From an uncultured Chloroflexia bacterium (GTDB taxonomy: Bacteria > Chloroflexota > Chloroflexia > QHBQ01 > JADMIH01), in assembly GCA_963797095.1 (NCBI GenBank), contig CAWCNY010000007.1, positions 96,001 through 160,000 of the forward strand: a stretch of DNA of 64,000 nt, given 5' to 3'. Position 1 is the first letter of the stretch; the number at the start of each line of letters is the position of its first letter. Below, piece by piece: positions 1 to 9,772 of this stretch. The notes under the pieces were generated by a model. The model was not told where the DNA came from and did no database searches. It was given only the letters and a program-made list of their open reading frames with translations. A program made the position numbers and the translations under genes.

Positions 1-2
1 AG

Positions 3-527
3 CCCGACAAGCTGACCAGCGAAGAGTACGAATATGTGAAGAAGCACGCCGCGCTGGGAGGCGAGTTCCTGGAGACGTGCCGTGGCCTGCGCCATCTCGC
101 GCCCTTCGTACGCCACCACCACGAGCGCTGGGACGGCAGGGGCTATCCCGACAGGCTGGCAGGCGACGATATCGAGATAGAGGCGCGTATCCTGGCGGTA
201 TGCGACGCGGCGGAGGCAATGGCCTCAGATCGCCCGTACCGCAAAGGTATGTCGCTTGACGAGATGATCAACGAGATCAGGCGATGCGCGGGCACGCAGT
301 TCGACCCGGCGGTGGCGCAGGCGTTCGTACTGGTTGTAGAGCGAGAGCGCGACCGGCTGGTTACCAACTCGGCGCAGGAAGTTATGAAGAAGTACACCGA
401 CAACGGCATCCTCTCGCCGGTAAGGAACGGGGCAGCCCCCGTCCAGAAGACCCCTAACCAGCACCCCGAAGCGCCCGGCCTGGCGGTGGCTATAACGCAA
501 ACGACCCGCAGACCCCATACGGCTTAG
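3..527 (+). CDS. HD-GYP domain protein, C-terminal part (5' end outside window)
   Basis: Open frame from position 3 (PDKLTSEEYEYVKKH), HHHERWDGRGYP, ARILAVCDA..AM.SDRPYR, GTQFDP. Confidence 0.9.
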   Translation, partial: PDKLTSEEYEYVKKHAALGGEFLETCRGLRHLAPFVRHHHERWDGRGYPDRLAGDDIEIEARILAVCDAAEAMASDRPYRKGMSLDEMINEIRRCAGTQFDPAVAQAFVLVVERERDRLVTNSAQEVMKKYTDNGILSPVRNGAAPVQKTPNQHPEAPGLAVAITQTTRRPHTA

Positions 528-535
528 CTCGGTTC

Positions 536-588
536 TAATCTAACTCAAAGGTTTCTCCAATCTAACTTTAATCTTGATAGCTTACAAT
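536..588 (+). promoter_or_regulatory. 11-bp-phased direct repeats (OmpR/PhoB-type boxes) with TACAAT -10
   Basis: TAATCT 536, AAAGGT 547 (degenerate), CAATCT 558, TAATCT 569; TACAAT 583-588. Confidence 0.5.
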
Positions 589-594
589 AACCTT

Positions 595-822
595 GTAAGC
601 ATGATTGAAGACTGATTCTCAAAGCTCCTTCCTTCTCTTGACGGGGGGCAGGGGAAGCGAGATGAAGCGGTAGGTTACAGAGCAGTAGCGCGCTTCTTCG
701 TCTCCCTCCCCCTGCCCTTCCGTCATCCCTCCCCCTTTAGTAAAGGCAGCACACGGAAAAAGCATATTTACATGGGGTTCCGCAGGAGGCCGGTCACAGT
801 GACCGGCCTCCTGTCGCTTTGT
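595..822 (+). ncRNA. Candidate small RNA (long hairpin flanked by CU-rich anti-SD-like tracts)
   Basis: Long imperfect stem 639-725, terminal palindrome 782-814, own promoter upstream, separate promoter for the next gene. Confidence 0.45.
782..822 (+). terminator. Intrinsic terminator-like hairpin
   Basis: GCAGGAGGCCGGTCAC-A-GTGACCGGCCTCCTGT followed by CGCTTTGT. Confidence 0.65.
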
Positions 823-860
823 TATAATGGCGCGACAAGCTGTGAAGCAGGAGGAAGAGG

Positions 861-1803
861 TTGGCAACTTATCACATTGAGCCGGAACGGCGCACCCTGC
901 ACGGGCACTTTTCGCGGGACCTGCCGCCTGTGCTGACAATTAAGCCGGGGGACAGCATCCAATACCGCACGCTCGATGCCGGTTGGGGTCTGGAGCAATA
1001 CAGGGGCGGCGAAAGGCGCAAGTTCGAGCCGCGCGATCCCGAGTTGGACAAAGGCCATGCTCTCTGCGGCCCAATCTTCATAGAGGGCGCGGAGCCTGCT
1101 ATGACCATCGAAGTGCGCATTGGTGAAATCGTCCCAGGCTCGTTCGGTTGGACGGTGGCCGGGGGCTGGTCCAACCCAACCAATGATTGGCTAGGCGTCG
1201 GCGAAGGCTCAGAACAATGCATCCTCAGTTGGGACCTGGACCCCACCACAATGACCGGGCGGAACCAGCTGGGTCACATCGTCACCCTCAAACCGTTCAT
1301 GGGCGTGCTGGGTATGCCACCTGCCGACCCCGGCACCCACCCAACCGCCCCTCCCCGCGTAACCGGCGGCAATATAGACTGCAAAGAGCTTGTCACTGGC
1401 AGCACTCTCTATCTCCCCATCGCAGTACCGGGTGGCCTATTCTCCGTAGGCGACGGTCACGCCCTCCAGGGCGATGGCGAGTTCGAGCACTACCGCCATC
1501 GAATGCCCGATGGACAAAGTGACCCTGACCTTCAACCTGCGCCCCGATATGCACCTGACCACTCCCCGCGCCAACACCCCCGCGGGCTGGATTACCTTTG
1601 GCTTCAACGAAAACCTACAAGAAGCCACCATGACAGCCCTCGCGGCCATGCTCGAACTGATGCAGGAACATCATAATCTGGAGAGATTGCAGGCTCTCGC
1701 GATGGCAAGCCTGGTGGTTGATTTACACGTAACCCAGATAGTGAACGGCGTAAGAGGTATTCACGCAATCCTGCCGCACAGCGCTGTGATACGTGATACG
1801 TGA
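861..1803 (+). pseudogene. Acetamidase/formamidase family protein, frameshifted near 1484
   Basis: GHALCGP, GGNIDCKEL, FSVGDGHALQGDGE in one frame; [20 protein letters not shown] in the 1474..1803 frame; extended -10 TGtTATAAT at 820-828. Confidence 0.85.
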
Positions 1804-1910
1804 TACGTGATACGTGATACGTGATACGTGATACGTGATACGTGATACGTGATACGTGATACGTGATACGTGATACGTGATACGTGATACGTGATACGTG
1901 ATACGTGATA
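1786..1910. repeat. Heptamer tandem array (GTGATAC) x ~18
   Basis: Directly visible; overlaps the stop codon of the amidase. Confidence 0.97.
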
Positions 1911-2158
1911 TGCAACTTACTGCATAGGGCATACTGCTTATCTAGTCACGCACCCTCCGACTACCGACTACCCACCCCCATACACCAGCAGATCGGCCCC
2001 GATAAAGGAGAGCAGAGTGCTATCGGGAGAGCCCGGTGCTTTGAAGGGCTGACGCGCTTCAGGAAATAGGAGCAACACCGCCCACCAGAGGTAGACCGCC
2101 ATCCCCTGCACGTACAGGTATGCCACCGCCAATGTGCGTGCCACGGCTGCGCCCCGCC

Positions 2159-3562
2159 CTACTTCCCTATGCAGAAGTTGCGGAATATCTCGTCCAGCAG
2201 ATCCTCGCCAACAGTCTCGCCCGTGATCTCTCCCAATGCATTGAGCGCGCTGTGCAGGTCAACCGCCAGCAGCGCCGACACCGCCCCTGACTGCGCCGAC
2301 TGCAAGGCACTTTCTACCAACTCTTGCGCCCTCTGGAGCGCATCACGGTGCCGCACGCTGGTTACTACTGCTTCACCCGGCCTCGGCACCGCCTTGCCGC
2401 TAAGGACAAGGGCGGCCAACCGTTCTTCCAACAGATCAGTACCGTGCCGTTTGACCGCCGAAGCCTCCACCACAGGCACATCGTCCCCAAGCACCTCGTT
2501 TAGGGTGCGCCTGTTCAACTGCTGCTCAAGGTCGATCTTATTCACCACCACCAGCCACGCCGGGGGCGACATCGCCTTGATCTCCACCACAAGCGACACA
2601 TCTTCGTCCGTAAGTTGCTGCGAGCCATCCACCACAAGCAGCGCCAGGTCCGCCATTTCTAATGCCCGTCGTGTGCGGTCCATCCCGATCCGCTCTATCG
2701 GGTCCTCCGTCTCCTCACCTGCGCGCAACCCCGCCGTATCGGTCAGCACCAACGGCACCCCGCGCACGTTCGCCACCTCTTCCAACGTATCCCTGGTCGT
2801 GCCCGGTATTGGCGTAACGATGGCCCGCTCCGTCCTCAACAGCGCGTTCAACAGGCTCGATTTCCCTACATTGGGCCTCCCCACCAGCGCCGTCCTTACT
2901 CCCTGCCTCAACACAATCCCCGTGGTGGCCGACGCGATCAACGCTTGAAGGTCGTCCAGCGCATCCCGCAGTTCGGGCGACACATCGGCGGGCGGCACGT
3001 CATCCTCCGGGAAATCTATAGTAGCCTCAAGGTGAGCCAGCGCGTGCAATAGCCGGGCGCGTATCCCCTTCACGCGCGCCGACAAGCCCCCGCCCAACTG
3101 CTCGACCGCCAGCCGCAGCCCCTCGCCAGTCCTCGCCCTCACCACATCCACCACGGCCTCGGCCTGCGCCAAATCTATCCGCCCGTTGAGAAAGGCCCTC
3201 AGGGTAAACTCCCCCGGCTCCGCGCCCCGCGCCCCCTCGCGCAAACAGAGCGCCAGCAAGCTTTGCAGAGGCACCACCCCACCGTGGCAATCGATCTCCA
3301 CCACATCCTCCGCCGTGTACGAGTGGGGAGCGCGCATCAGCACCGCCAGCGCCTCGTCAACCTTTTCACCGGTCCCGGGGTCGCGCACCATCCCATAAAT
3401 AAGCTTGTGCAACTCCACACTCCCCAGATCGAGCGGCCTCCCCGAAGCAGGCGCAAAAATGCGTGCCATGATGCGCCCCGCGTCCGGCCCGCTCAGCCGG
3501 ATCGTCCCTATTCCTCCTTCGCCGGGCGGAGTGGCTATAGCCGCGATGGTATCAGCATACAT
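2159..3562 (-). CDS. mnmE: tRNA modification GTPase MnmE/TrmE
   Basis: DTIAAIATPPGEGG, GRPNVGKSSL, GTTRD, DTAG, NKID, C-terminal FCIGK. Confidence 0.98.
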   Translation of the reverse strand: MYADTIAAIATPPGEGGIGTIRLSGPDAGRIMARIFAPASGRPLDLGSVELHKLIYGMVRDPGTGEKVDEALAVLMRAPHSYTAEDVVEIDCHGGVVPLQSLLALCLREGARGAEPGEFTLRAFLNGRIDLAQAEAVVDVVRARTGEGLRLAVEQLGGGLSARVKGIRARLLHALAHLEATIDFPEDDVPPADVSPELRDALDDLQALIASATTGIVLRQGVRTALVGRPNVGKSSLLNALLRTERAIVTPIPGTTRDTLEEVANVRGVPLVLTDTAGLRAGEETEDPIERIGMDRTRRALEMADLALLVVDGSQQLTDEDVSLVVEIKAMSPPAWLVVVNKIDLEQQLNRRTLNEVLGDDVPVVEASAVKRHGTDLLEERLAALVLSGKAVPRPGEAVVTSVRHRDALQRAQELVESALQSAQSGAVSALLAVDLHSALNALGEITGETVGEDLLDEIFRNFCIGK

Positions 3563-3563
3563 C

Positions 3564-4079
3564 CTACTTGACTACCCACAAAGGCAGCCCGCGCTGGACC
3601 GCTACCTGCGCAGCCAGCAATGTCTGGCTGAAAGTCATCATCTCCGTACCCTCGTCCGCGTCCATATCACCGTTATACTTGTCCCACAATCGTTTGAGGT
3701 TCGCCGGGTCGGTCGAAATCAGGCTGGCCGCCGCCAACTGCTCCAACTCGCCAAGAAGTCCCGGCAGGCTCGCGCACTGGAGCCAGGCATCCTCGTCAAT
3801 TTCCAGAGATACAGGCTCGATAGCCATCGGAAGAAACACTCCGCGCCATGCGTCCACCGACAGCAAATTGGGGGCGCTCGGCCTTCCAATCGCCGCTCCC
3901 GCCATCTGCTGTAGCTGCGCCCACCCGAACCACTCCACCTCCTCCGAGCGATATGGGTCGCCGGATAATTGAGATTGTGCAGAATAGTTGAACCTCATGG
4001 CTAGCTCCTGTTCAACCTGAACCGCAAAATCCCCGAAGAAGACATCGGCGGGCGTGCCGACAGTAAAGATCAGTCCCAT
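3564..4079 (-). CDS. Hypothetical protein
   Basis: 171-aa ORF with GGAG RBS, abutting mnmE start. Confidence 0.7.
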   Translation of the reverse strand: MGLIFTVGTPADVFFGDFAVQVEQELAMRFNYSAQSQLSGDPYRSEEVEWFGWAQLQQMAGAAIGRPSAPNLLSVDAWRGVFLPMAIEPVSLEIDEDAWLQCASLPGLLGELEQLAAASLISTDPANLKRLWDKYNGDMDADEGTEMMTFSQTLLAAQVAVQRGLPLWVVK

Positions 4080-4121
4080 ATCTAACCCTATCTCCTTCCC
4101 GTGGCCTGGGAGAGCAAGCGC

Positions 4122-5048
4122 TCAGGGCGCGCTTCCCAATCGCATAGAAAGTTGTTCCCTGGTAGGAATCCCTTCCGCACCCAACCCCTCTATCGCGCAA
4201 GCCGCTGCTGCATGGGCGAACCGGGCAGCCACGATCGAGTTGCGTGTCTCATAGTAACGGACCAGAAAGGCAGCAGCAAACACATCACCCGCTCCGGTAA
4301 GATCGACCGACCGGGAGGCTACGGCAGGCACGACGATTTCGGTTCGATCCCCCGGCGCGGTTAGGGATCCCCTGCTGCCTCCTTGCTCCGGTATATAGTC
4401 TACTACTTCTGCCACCGGGACGAAAATGAAAGCACCATCCTCAGACCGGGTAATCGCCACGACATGGGCCAATCTGCTATATTGCTCGACCAGCCCGTAA
4501 TCCCAACCCAGGTCTTCCATGCTCAGGATCAGGCAGGAACCTGGAGGCAGGTTTGCCAGCGCACCGGGCACGGGCCAGGCAGTTTGCGCCACATGCCCCT
4601 CCGCATTCCAGGACCTCATCCACCCTTGCGGCGTGATCCCAAGCAGGCTATAAGGAAACATCGCGGACATATCGGCGGACAGTTCCTGTGCCACAGGCCC
4701 CAGGTGTACGATAGGCGCGCCTCGCCAGGCCACCGGCACATCGCTCCACTGAATAGCCCTCGCCGGGCTACCTATCCGTTGCGTGCGCCGCCCATCCTCA
4801 TCATACACATTCTCGAACGTAGTGGTTCCGCCCGAATCCACCGCGCACACCCACGCCCCCGCTTCACGCGCCTGGTCCAACAACCCATCGTCATCAGTCG
4901 ATAGCGCCGTCACCATAGCCGCCTGCAACCCCAACCGCTGCGCCGTGATAGAAGCATAAGTAACGGTCCCACCCGCCCTCGCCCCACCACCAGGCAGCAA
5001 GTCCTTCGATACATGCCCCAAGACAAGGTAATCAGGTCGCGCTTGCAT
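4122..5048 (-). CDS. PfkB/ribokinase-family carbohydrate kinase
   Basis: GGTVTY near N-terminus, DLTGAGDVFAAAF signature; start taken at MQARPD. Confidence 0.9.
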   Translation of the reverse strand: MQARPDYLVLGHVSKDLLPGGGARAGGTVTYASITAQRLGLQAAMVTALSTDDDGLLDQAREAGAWVCAVDSGGTTTFENVYDEDGRRTQRIGSPARAIQWSDVPVAWRGAPIVHLGPVAQELSADMSAMFPYSLLGITPQGWMRSWNAEGHVAQTAWPVPGALANLPPGSCLILSMEDLGWDYGLVEQYSRLAHVVAITRSEDGAFIFVPVAEVVDYIPEQGGSRGSLTAPGDRTEIVVPAVASRSVDLTGAGDVFAAAFLVRYYETRNSIVAARFAHAAAACAIEGLGAEGIPTREQLSMRLGSAP

Positions 5049-5189
5049 AGCTCTATTATAAACACACTTTGGATTCAGGTTCGCAGATGTGTAATCCAAT
5101 TAAAGAGAGAGCCCCTCCCCAGAATATGGGGAAGGGCTTGGGTGGGGCCTTCGAGGTCGCCCACGTTAGCTAGCTTACTTCACAACAGG

Positions 5190-7175
5190 CTAAGGGTGCT
5201 TCGTCAGATAGAAGGTAGTGTTCGGGTCGGAAGTATTAGTCCTCACCACCTTCAACCGAGTGCCAGCAGCACTATCGAATGATATCCTGTAGGTGTTATC
5301 AGGAGTCTGCATCACCAACGGCTCGCCTTTGAAGGTGATGTTCACCTGGTGCTGAGGCAACGGCCCGCATGGCTGGTCTATACATATACCCTCGAACGAA
5401 TGTATATGGATCGTATCGCCGTTATTGGTGATCACCAGCTTCAGGGTGGTAGGGTCGTTCGCCCACGTCCCATCATAAGAGCTTGTCACCACCTGGTGAA
5501 AGTGCGGGAAATTAGTGTCGTTGAACACCACCCTCAAAGCCGAGTCCCGCAGGTCGTTCAGCATTATCCTGAAGCTGTTGCCGTTGATACTAATCTCGAA
5601 CGGCTCGGCATCGTACTCTTTGGTCTTGCTGTCGCGCTGGCAGATATGCTCCCCGCAAGCCTCGAACCAGGTGACCGTCAATTTCCCGTTGTCGGACTCG
5701 ATCCAGAGCTTGGCAACATTACCCCCTGGCGCATCGTTCAGCCACACACCCTGGTAGTCGCTCGCCTTGGCCCGCCGGAAGGTGGTCTCGTCGGTCTGCT
5801 GCATTACCTTCAACTTATTATTCCCCTGGTTCTCGAACGAGATGCGCAGAGTAACCGTATCGAATATCAACTCAACTACCCCACCGTTGTACTGCTTCGT
5901 CTTGATACCCAGGTCGCAGTCCTGGTCGTTGCACCCGCGCCAGGCATGCACGGTCAGCGTATTTCCGTTGTGGGTGATCCACAGCTTGCCTACCTTCACG
6001 GCAGAAGGTTGAGGATTATCCAGCAGCCACGTACCGTCAAGATCCGCCGCCGTATGTTGAGGCCCCGCGGTAGCAGTAGCGGTAGCGGTAGCACTCGCCC
6101 CCGGAACAGGCGTATCGGTCGGCACAACCGGCGTATCCGTAGCTGCAATGGGTGTGTCAGTAGCAGCGGCAGGAGTATTGGTAGGCTGATCGGGCGGTGT
6201 AGTGGCCGTGGGTTGAGGCTGAACAGTAGGCGCGGGCGTGGGCGACTGGCTCCCATAGCGCCAATCATAATAATGCTGGCCGATATTGCCCATCTGCACC
6301 TTGAACCCGTCCGGCGCGCTAGGCACATAAGTTACCACCCGCCGCTCGAACGCCTGGATCATCACGTCCACGTTCGGCACGTTAGCTATCTTCACCTTCG
6401 CCCAGTAAGGCTCCGAGATCGGCAGCCCCGTTGCATAATACCAGGGCACCGAAAGCTGCGCTGTCTGGTCGTGCCCAGTGGTTGGATCGTAGATCATGCC
6501 CGACATATTCAAGAACTCCCATACCGCTTCGGGAATATTGTGCCCTGTCAAAGGCTCGTGGTACACAAACTGAGTGCCCGGCACACTCACCTTCGAGGGG
6601 TCGTCGCCCACCTGTCCTGCCTTGTTGATGGTGGCGGTGGCAAACTGTCCAACCTCGCTCCCCACCGGGTGCGAGCCAAGCGGCGTGTTGCTCACGCCCT
6701 GGAAGCTCCTGTAAGTAGGTGCGTTGGGATCGTCCGTGTCCGAAGCCAGCGGTATATCCGCAGGCTCGCGATCCACATACGATGCATCGCTAACTTGCAT
6801 CTTGCCTGAAATCAACTCGATAGTCAGCAACCCATTTGTCACATAGAAGGGGTCATTGGGGTTAGCATAAGGATTGTTGATCTCCATCCGGCTCTTATCG
6901 AAATACTGCACAACGCGCTGCCCATTCACACCCTGCGCGTAAGGCTCCAGCAACGGGAGTGTATTGGCCTGGGGGCCCCAGAAGTACGAGCGCTGCACCT
7001 CGCCCAGCGCCACCGGCCTATCGGTGCGCTGCCAGGTAATATCGAAGGCCGGGTCGCCAAACGGGATGGGCTGCGAAGCGTGCGCGGTCAGCGAAGCCGC
7101 CCCCAGACCGGGCAAAAACGACGCTGCTACAGTAACAACCGCCAGATAACACAACGATCGATGAGTAGTCTTCAT
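5190..7175 (-). CDS. Secreted/cell-surface protein: Chloroflexota-type N-terminal domain, Pro/Thr linker, three C-terminal beta-repeats
   Basis: Signal peptide, VQYFDKSRMEIN/QAFERRV motifs, PTATP linker, three 'D.G.W....KL.I' units. Confidence 0.85.
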   Translation of the reverse strand: MKTTHRSLCYLAVVTVAASFLPGLGAASLTAHASQPIPFGDPAFDITWQRTDRPVALGEVQRSYFWGPQANTLPLLEPYAQGVNGQRVVQYFDKSRMEINNPYANPNDPFYVTNGLLTIELISGKMQVSDASYVDREPADIPLASDTDDPNAPTYRSFQGVSNTPLGSHPVGSEVGQFATATINKAGQVGDDPSKVSVPGTQFVYHEPLTGHNIPEAVWEFLNMSGMIYDPTTGHDQTAQLSVPWYYATGLPISEPYWAKVKIANVPNVDVMIQAFERRVVTYVPSAPDGFKVQMGNIGQHYYDWRYGSQSPTPAPTVQPQPTATTPPDQPTNTPAAATDTPIAATDTPVVPTDTPVPGASATATATATAGPQHTAADLDGTWLLDNPQPSAVKVGKLWITHNGNTLTVHAWRGCNDQDCDLGIKTKQYNGGVVELIFDTVTLRISFENQGNNKLKVMQQTDETTFRRAKASDYQGVWLNDAPGGNVAKLWIESDNGKLTVTWFEACGEHICQRDSKTKEYDAEPFEISINGNSFRIMLNDLRDSALRVVFNDTNFPHFHQVVTSSYDGTWANDPTTLKLVITNNGDTIHIHSFEGICIDQPCGPLPQHQVNITFKGEPLVMQTPDNTYRISFDSAAGTRLKVVRTNTSDPNTTFYLTKHP

Positions 7176-7370
7176 TGTCTTGTCTCCTTGTTACCTCTGA
7201 TCGGCCCAGGAGACAACCTTTTGTCTCCTGGGCCGCAGTGACTTGCTTTTCACAATCCAAGTATGAGGTCGGCCACCCCCTTTTTGAAGGGACTGAGCCG
7301 TGACATTAGCATGGACAAGAGAGGGGACAAGAAGCGTGACAGAATGTACCACAGGAGTGCGCATGGCAAC

Positions 7371-7408
7371 AAAAAGACGCCGCTTCTGCTCAGAAGCGGC
7401 GTCTTTTT
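7371..7408. terminator. Bidirectional intrinsic terminator after jag
   Basis: AAAAAGACGCCGCTTCTG-CT-CAGAAGCGGCGTCTTTTT. Confidence 0.85.
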
Positions 7409-7423
7409 GTTGCTTTACTTATT

Positions 7424-8479
7424 CTATTTAGCTGCCTCTTTAGGCAGCACCACCACCCGGCGCTCAGGCTCAACACCCGTCAACTCCGTCACCACCGCCG
7501 GGTGCTCGGAGAGGGTCATGTGGATGATGCGGCGCTCGTATGCAGGCATCGCCTCAAGTGGGATGGCCTGTTTGCGCGTCTCCACCTGCTCTGCCGTCCG
7601 GCGGGCCAGGTTCATCAGCGCAAGCTTGCGCCTGAGCCTCCAACCCTCTACGTCCACCGTCACACGTGCCCACAGATCAACCTTGCGACCAAGCACCAAA
7701 TTCAGCAAGAACTGGATCGCGTCCAGCGTTTCCCCGCGCCGCCCGACCAGATTGCTCTGGTCGCGCTCATTGAGGCCCACCACGTTCAACACGAGCGACT
7801 CGCTATCGTCGGGGAAGGCGGCTTCACCCTCCTCGGCGGCCTCGCGTCGCATGATGCGCCCGCGCACCCTCATTCCATTCAGGATCGTCTGGAGTATTTC
7901 GGCGGCCACAGGAGCCACTGCATCCTTCGGCGAAGCCAGGTCAGCCTCGGCCGCAGCGCCCGGCTGAAGCAACTCATCGACGGTCACACCGCCTGGCCCG
8001 CTTGCAACAGCCGCAGCGGCGGGGCGTGCACCTTCGTCAATGCGGTTGCCCCGGTTATCGTCCTCGTCAAACTCCTCATCCGTCGCGGGAAGCCCTTCCA
8101 TGCGATTGCCGCGAGGTGGGCGATCATAGCGGTCGAACCGGTCGCGCCCTCCGGCCCTGGGCGGGCGTTCCATGTAATCGGCGCGGTTGCCTCTGTCGCC
8201 CCCGCCCCGAGTTCCCTCGCGCCTGCCGTAGCCGCCCGCGCCGCCCGGTCTCGGGCCGCCGTAACCCTGGCGGCCCCTGGGCGAAATCTCATCGTGTGAC
8301 CTGCCCTGGGCTTGCCCGCCGCCTGCATCCGTGGTGGTAACCCGCACCAGCACTTCGTCCCCACCGGGGTCGGTCGCCAGTACCTCCACCTTCACCTGGT
8401 CCCTCGTGCGGCCCAACTGCTCCAATGCCAGCCGCACAGCCTCTTCAACGCTGCGGGCTTGTATATCTACGTGTCGCAA
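7424..8479 (-). CDS. jag: RNA-binding protein Jag/EloR (KhpB)
   Basis: Jag_N (ARSVEEAVRLAL), KH (LVGRRGETLDAIQ), R3H (ERRIIH), position after yidC. Confidence 0.95.
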   Translation of the reverse strand: MRHVDIQARSVEEAVRLALEQLGRTRDQVKVEVLATDPGGDEVLVRVTTTDAGGGQAQGRSHDEISPRGRQGYGGPRPGGAGGYGRREGTRGGGDRGNRADYMERPPRAGGRDRFDRYDRPPRGNRMEGLPATDEEFDEDDNRGNRIDEGARPAAAAVASGPGGVTVDELLQPGAAAEADLASPKDAVAPVAAEILQTILNGMRVRGRIMRREAAEEGEAAFPDDSESLVLNVVGLNERDQSNLVGRRGETLDAIQFLLNLVLGRKVDLWARVTVDVEGWRLRRKLALMNLARRTAEQVETRKQAIPLEAMPAYERRIIHMTLSEHPAVVTELTGVEPERRVVVLPKEAAK

Positions 8480-8568
8480 GATTTCCCTCCTCGGTGACCA
8501 AATAGCCGGGATATATTACACATCATTTGCCCACCATCGGCTACTGATACCAGCAGTTATTTCCTATC

Positions 8569-9741
8569 TTATCGTTTCTTCTTCCTGGGCGGTAATTCGG
8601 TGGTTGCGGCACTGTTGTTCTGCTTGCGCATGTCCGACGCATACTTCACCGCCGGTGCGCCCGAATCCTTGCCGTTTGTACCGCTCGATTGCACTATCCT
8701 GATGTTCGGCTCGCTCGCCTTGCTCTTGACGCGAGCCGTCGCCGCACGCGCGCCGTTACGAGGCCGCTCCGCACGCGCGCCGGCACGCGCGCCGGCACTC
8801 GTACTGGTAGAGATCGCGCGCGTGGGCTCCCCCTCCTGCGCCACCCTGGCGCTGCCGCCGGTGCTCCCATCTTCGGTCTTGCGGGCCTCCTGCGCCTGAA
8901 GCGCACGGTCCATCATCCTGGTAATCAGGCCGCGACGTGCCGTACCCTCGGCGGGCTGCGGCGGAGGTTGTGGCGGTGTTACAGCCTTACGCGGCAGCCA
9001 TCCGAAGCCCGGGAAATCGGGCAACATACCGAAACCGGTAATGAAATACTGCTGCACCGCCCCGAACAGGCTTGAGAAAGCCCAGTAGATCACGTTGCCA
9101 ACGGGGAAGCCAAGCGAGATGAGCGTTATATAGATAGGCATGAGCTGCATCATACCGCTCATCATGCGCTGCTGGGCATCTACAGGAGCGTTAGGGTCGC
9201 GCCTCGGCATCGACATGCGTCCCTGGAAGAACTGGAAAAGACCCGACAGCACAGGCCAGATAAAGAGCGGGTCAGATGCCGCCAGGTTGGGCACCCACAA
9301 GAAGGGCGTTGCCCCGAAGTTGGCATAAGGGATCCAGTCGTGGTTCCAGAGGATGGCCTGTAGCTGGGTGACGTCTGTGCCGTGGTCGAGCGTAAATCGA
9401 AGGGCTGCATACAGGCCGAAGAATATAGGGATCTGCACCAACAGCGGGAAACAGCCGGCGGCAGGGTTGATGCCGTACTGGCTGTACAGCTTCATCGTTT
9501 CTTCCTGCTGCTTCGCCCGATCGTCCTTGTATCGCTTCTGAATCTCCTTCATCAAAGGCTGGATCGCCTGCATATTCCTGTTCGACCTGAGCGATTTCAT
9601 CGTCAAGGGAATAGTCAACGCCCTGATGAGGATCGTGAAGATGATGATCGACACGCCGGGAACGTGGACGACCGAGTTGATGGCAACCAGGATGTTGAGT
9701 AGCAGGTGCCACAGCGAGTCCCAAATAATGCCCAAGTCCAA
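8569..9741 (-). CDS. yidC: Membrane protein insertase YidC/Oxa1
   Basis: MQAIQP..KEIQKRYK, GINPAAGCFPLLVQIP, IYW; synteny. Confidence 0.96.
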   Translation of the reverse strand: MDLGIIWDSLWHLLLNILVAINSVVHVPGVSIIIFTILIRALTIPLTMKSLRSNRNMQAIQPLMKEIQKRYKDDRAKQQEETMKLYSQYGINPAAGCFPLLVQIPIFFGLYAALRFTLDHGTDVTQLQAILWNHDWIPYANFGATPFLWVPNLAASDPLFIWPVLSGLFQFFQGRMSMPRRDPNAPVDAQQRMMSGMMQLMPIYITLISLGFPVGNVIYWAFSSLFGAVQQYFITGFGMLPDFPGFGWLPRKAVTPPQPPPQPAEGTARRGLITRMMDRALQAQEARKTEDGSTGGSARVAQEGEPTRAISTSTSAGARAGARAERPRNGARAATARVKSKASEPNIRIVQSSGTNGKDSGAPAVKYASDMRKQNNSAATTELPPRKKKR

Positions 9742-9772
9742 TCATTTTCTCCTGATGAATTACCTTAATTGC

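Noticed and set aside
601-615. Micro-ORF MIED at the start of the candidate sRNA
   Set aside because: Four codons, no SD and no informative residues; cannot be supported
1786-1910. Possible CRISPR array
   Set aside because: Contiguous 7-mers without spacers, and no cas genes in the window
1604-1932. ORFs with repeated SRITYHV, and similar EWRVASG, VPSAECR and HSSLVTR ORFs elsewhere
   Set aside because: They are translations of heptamer DNA arrays, with no RBS or domain
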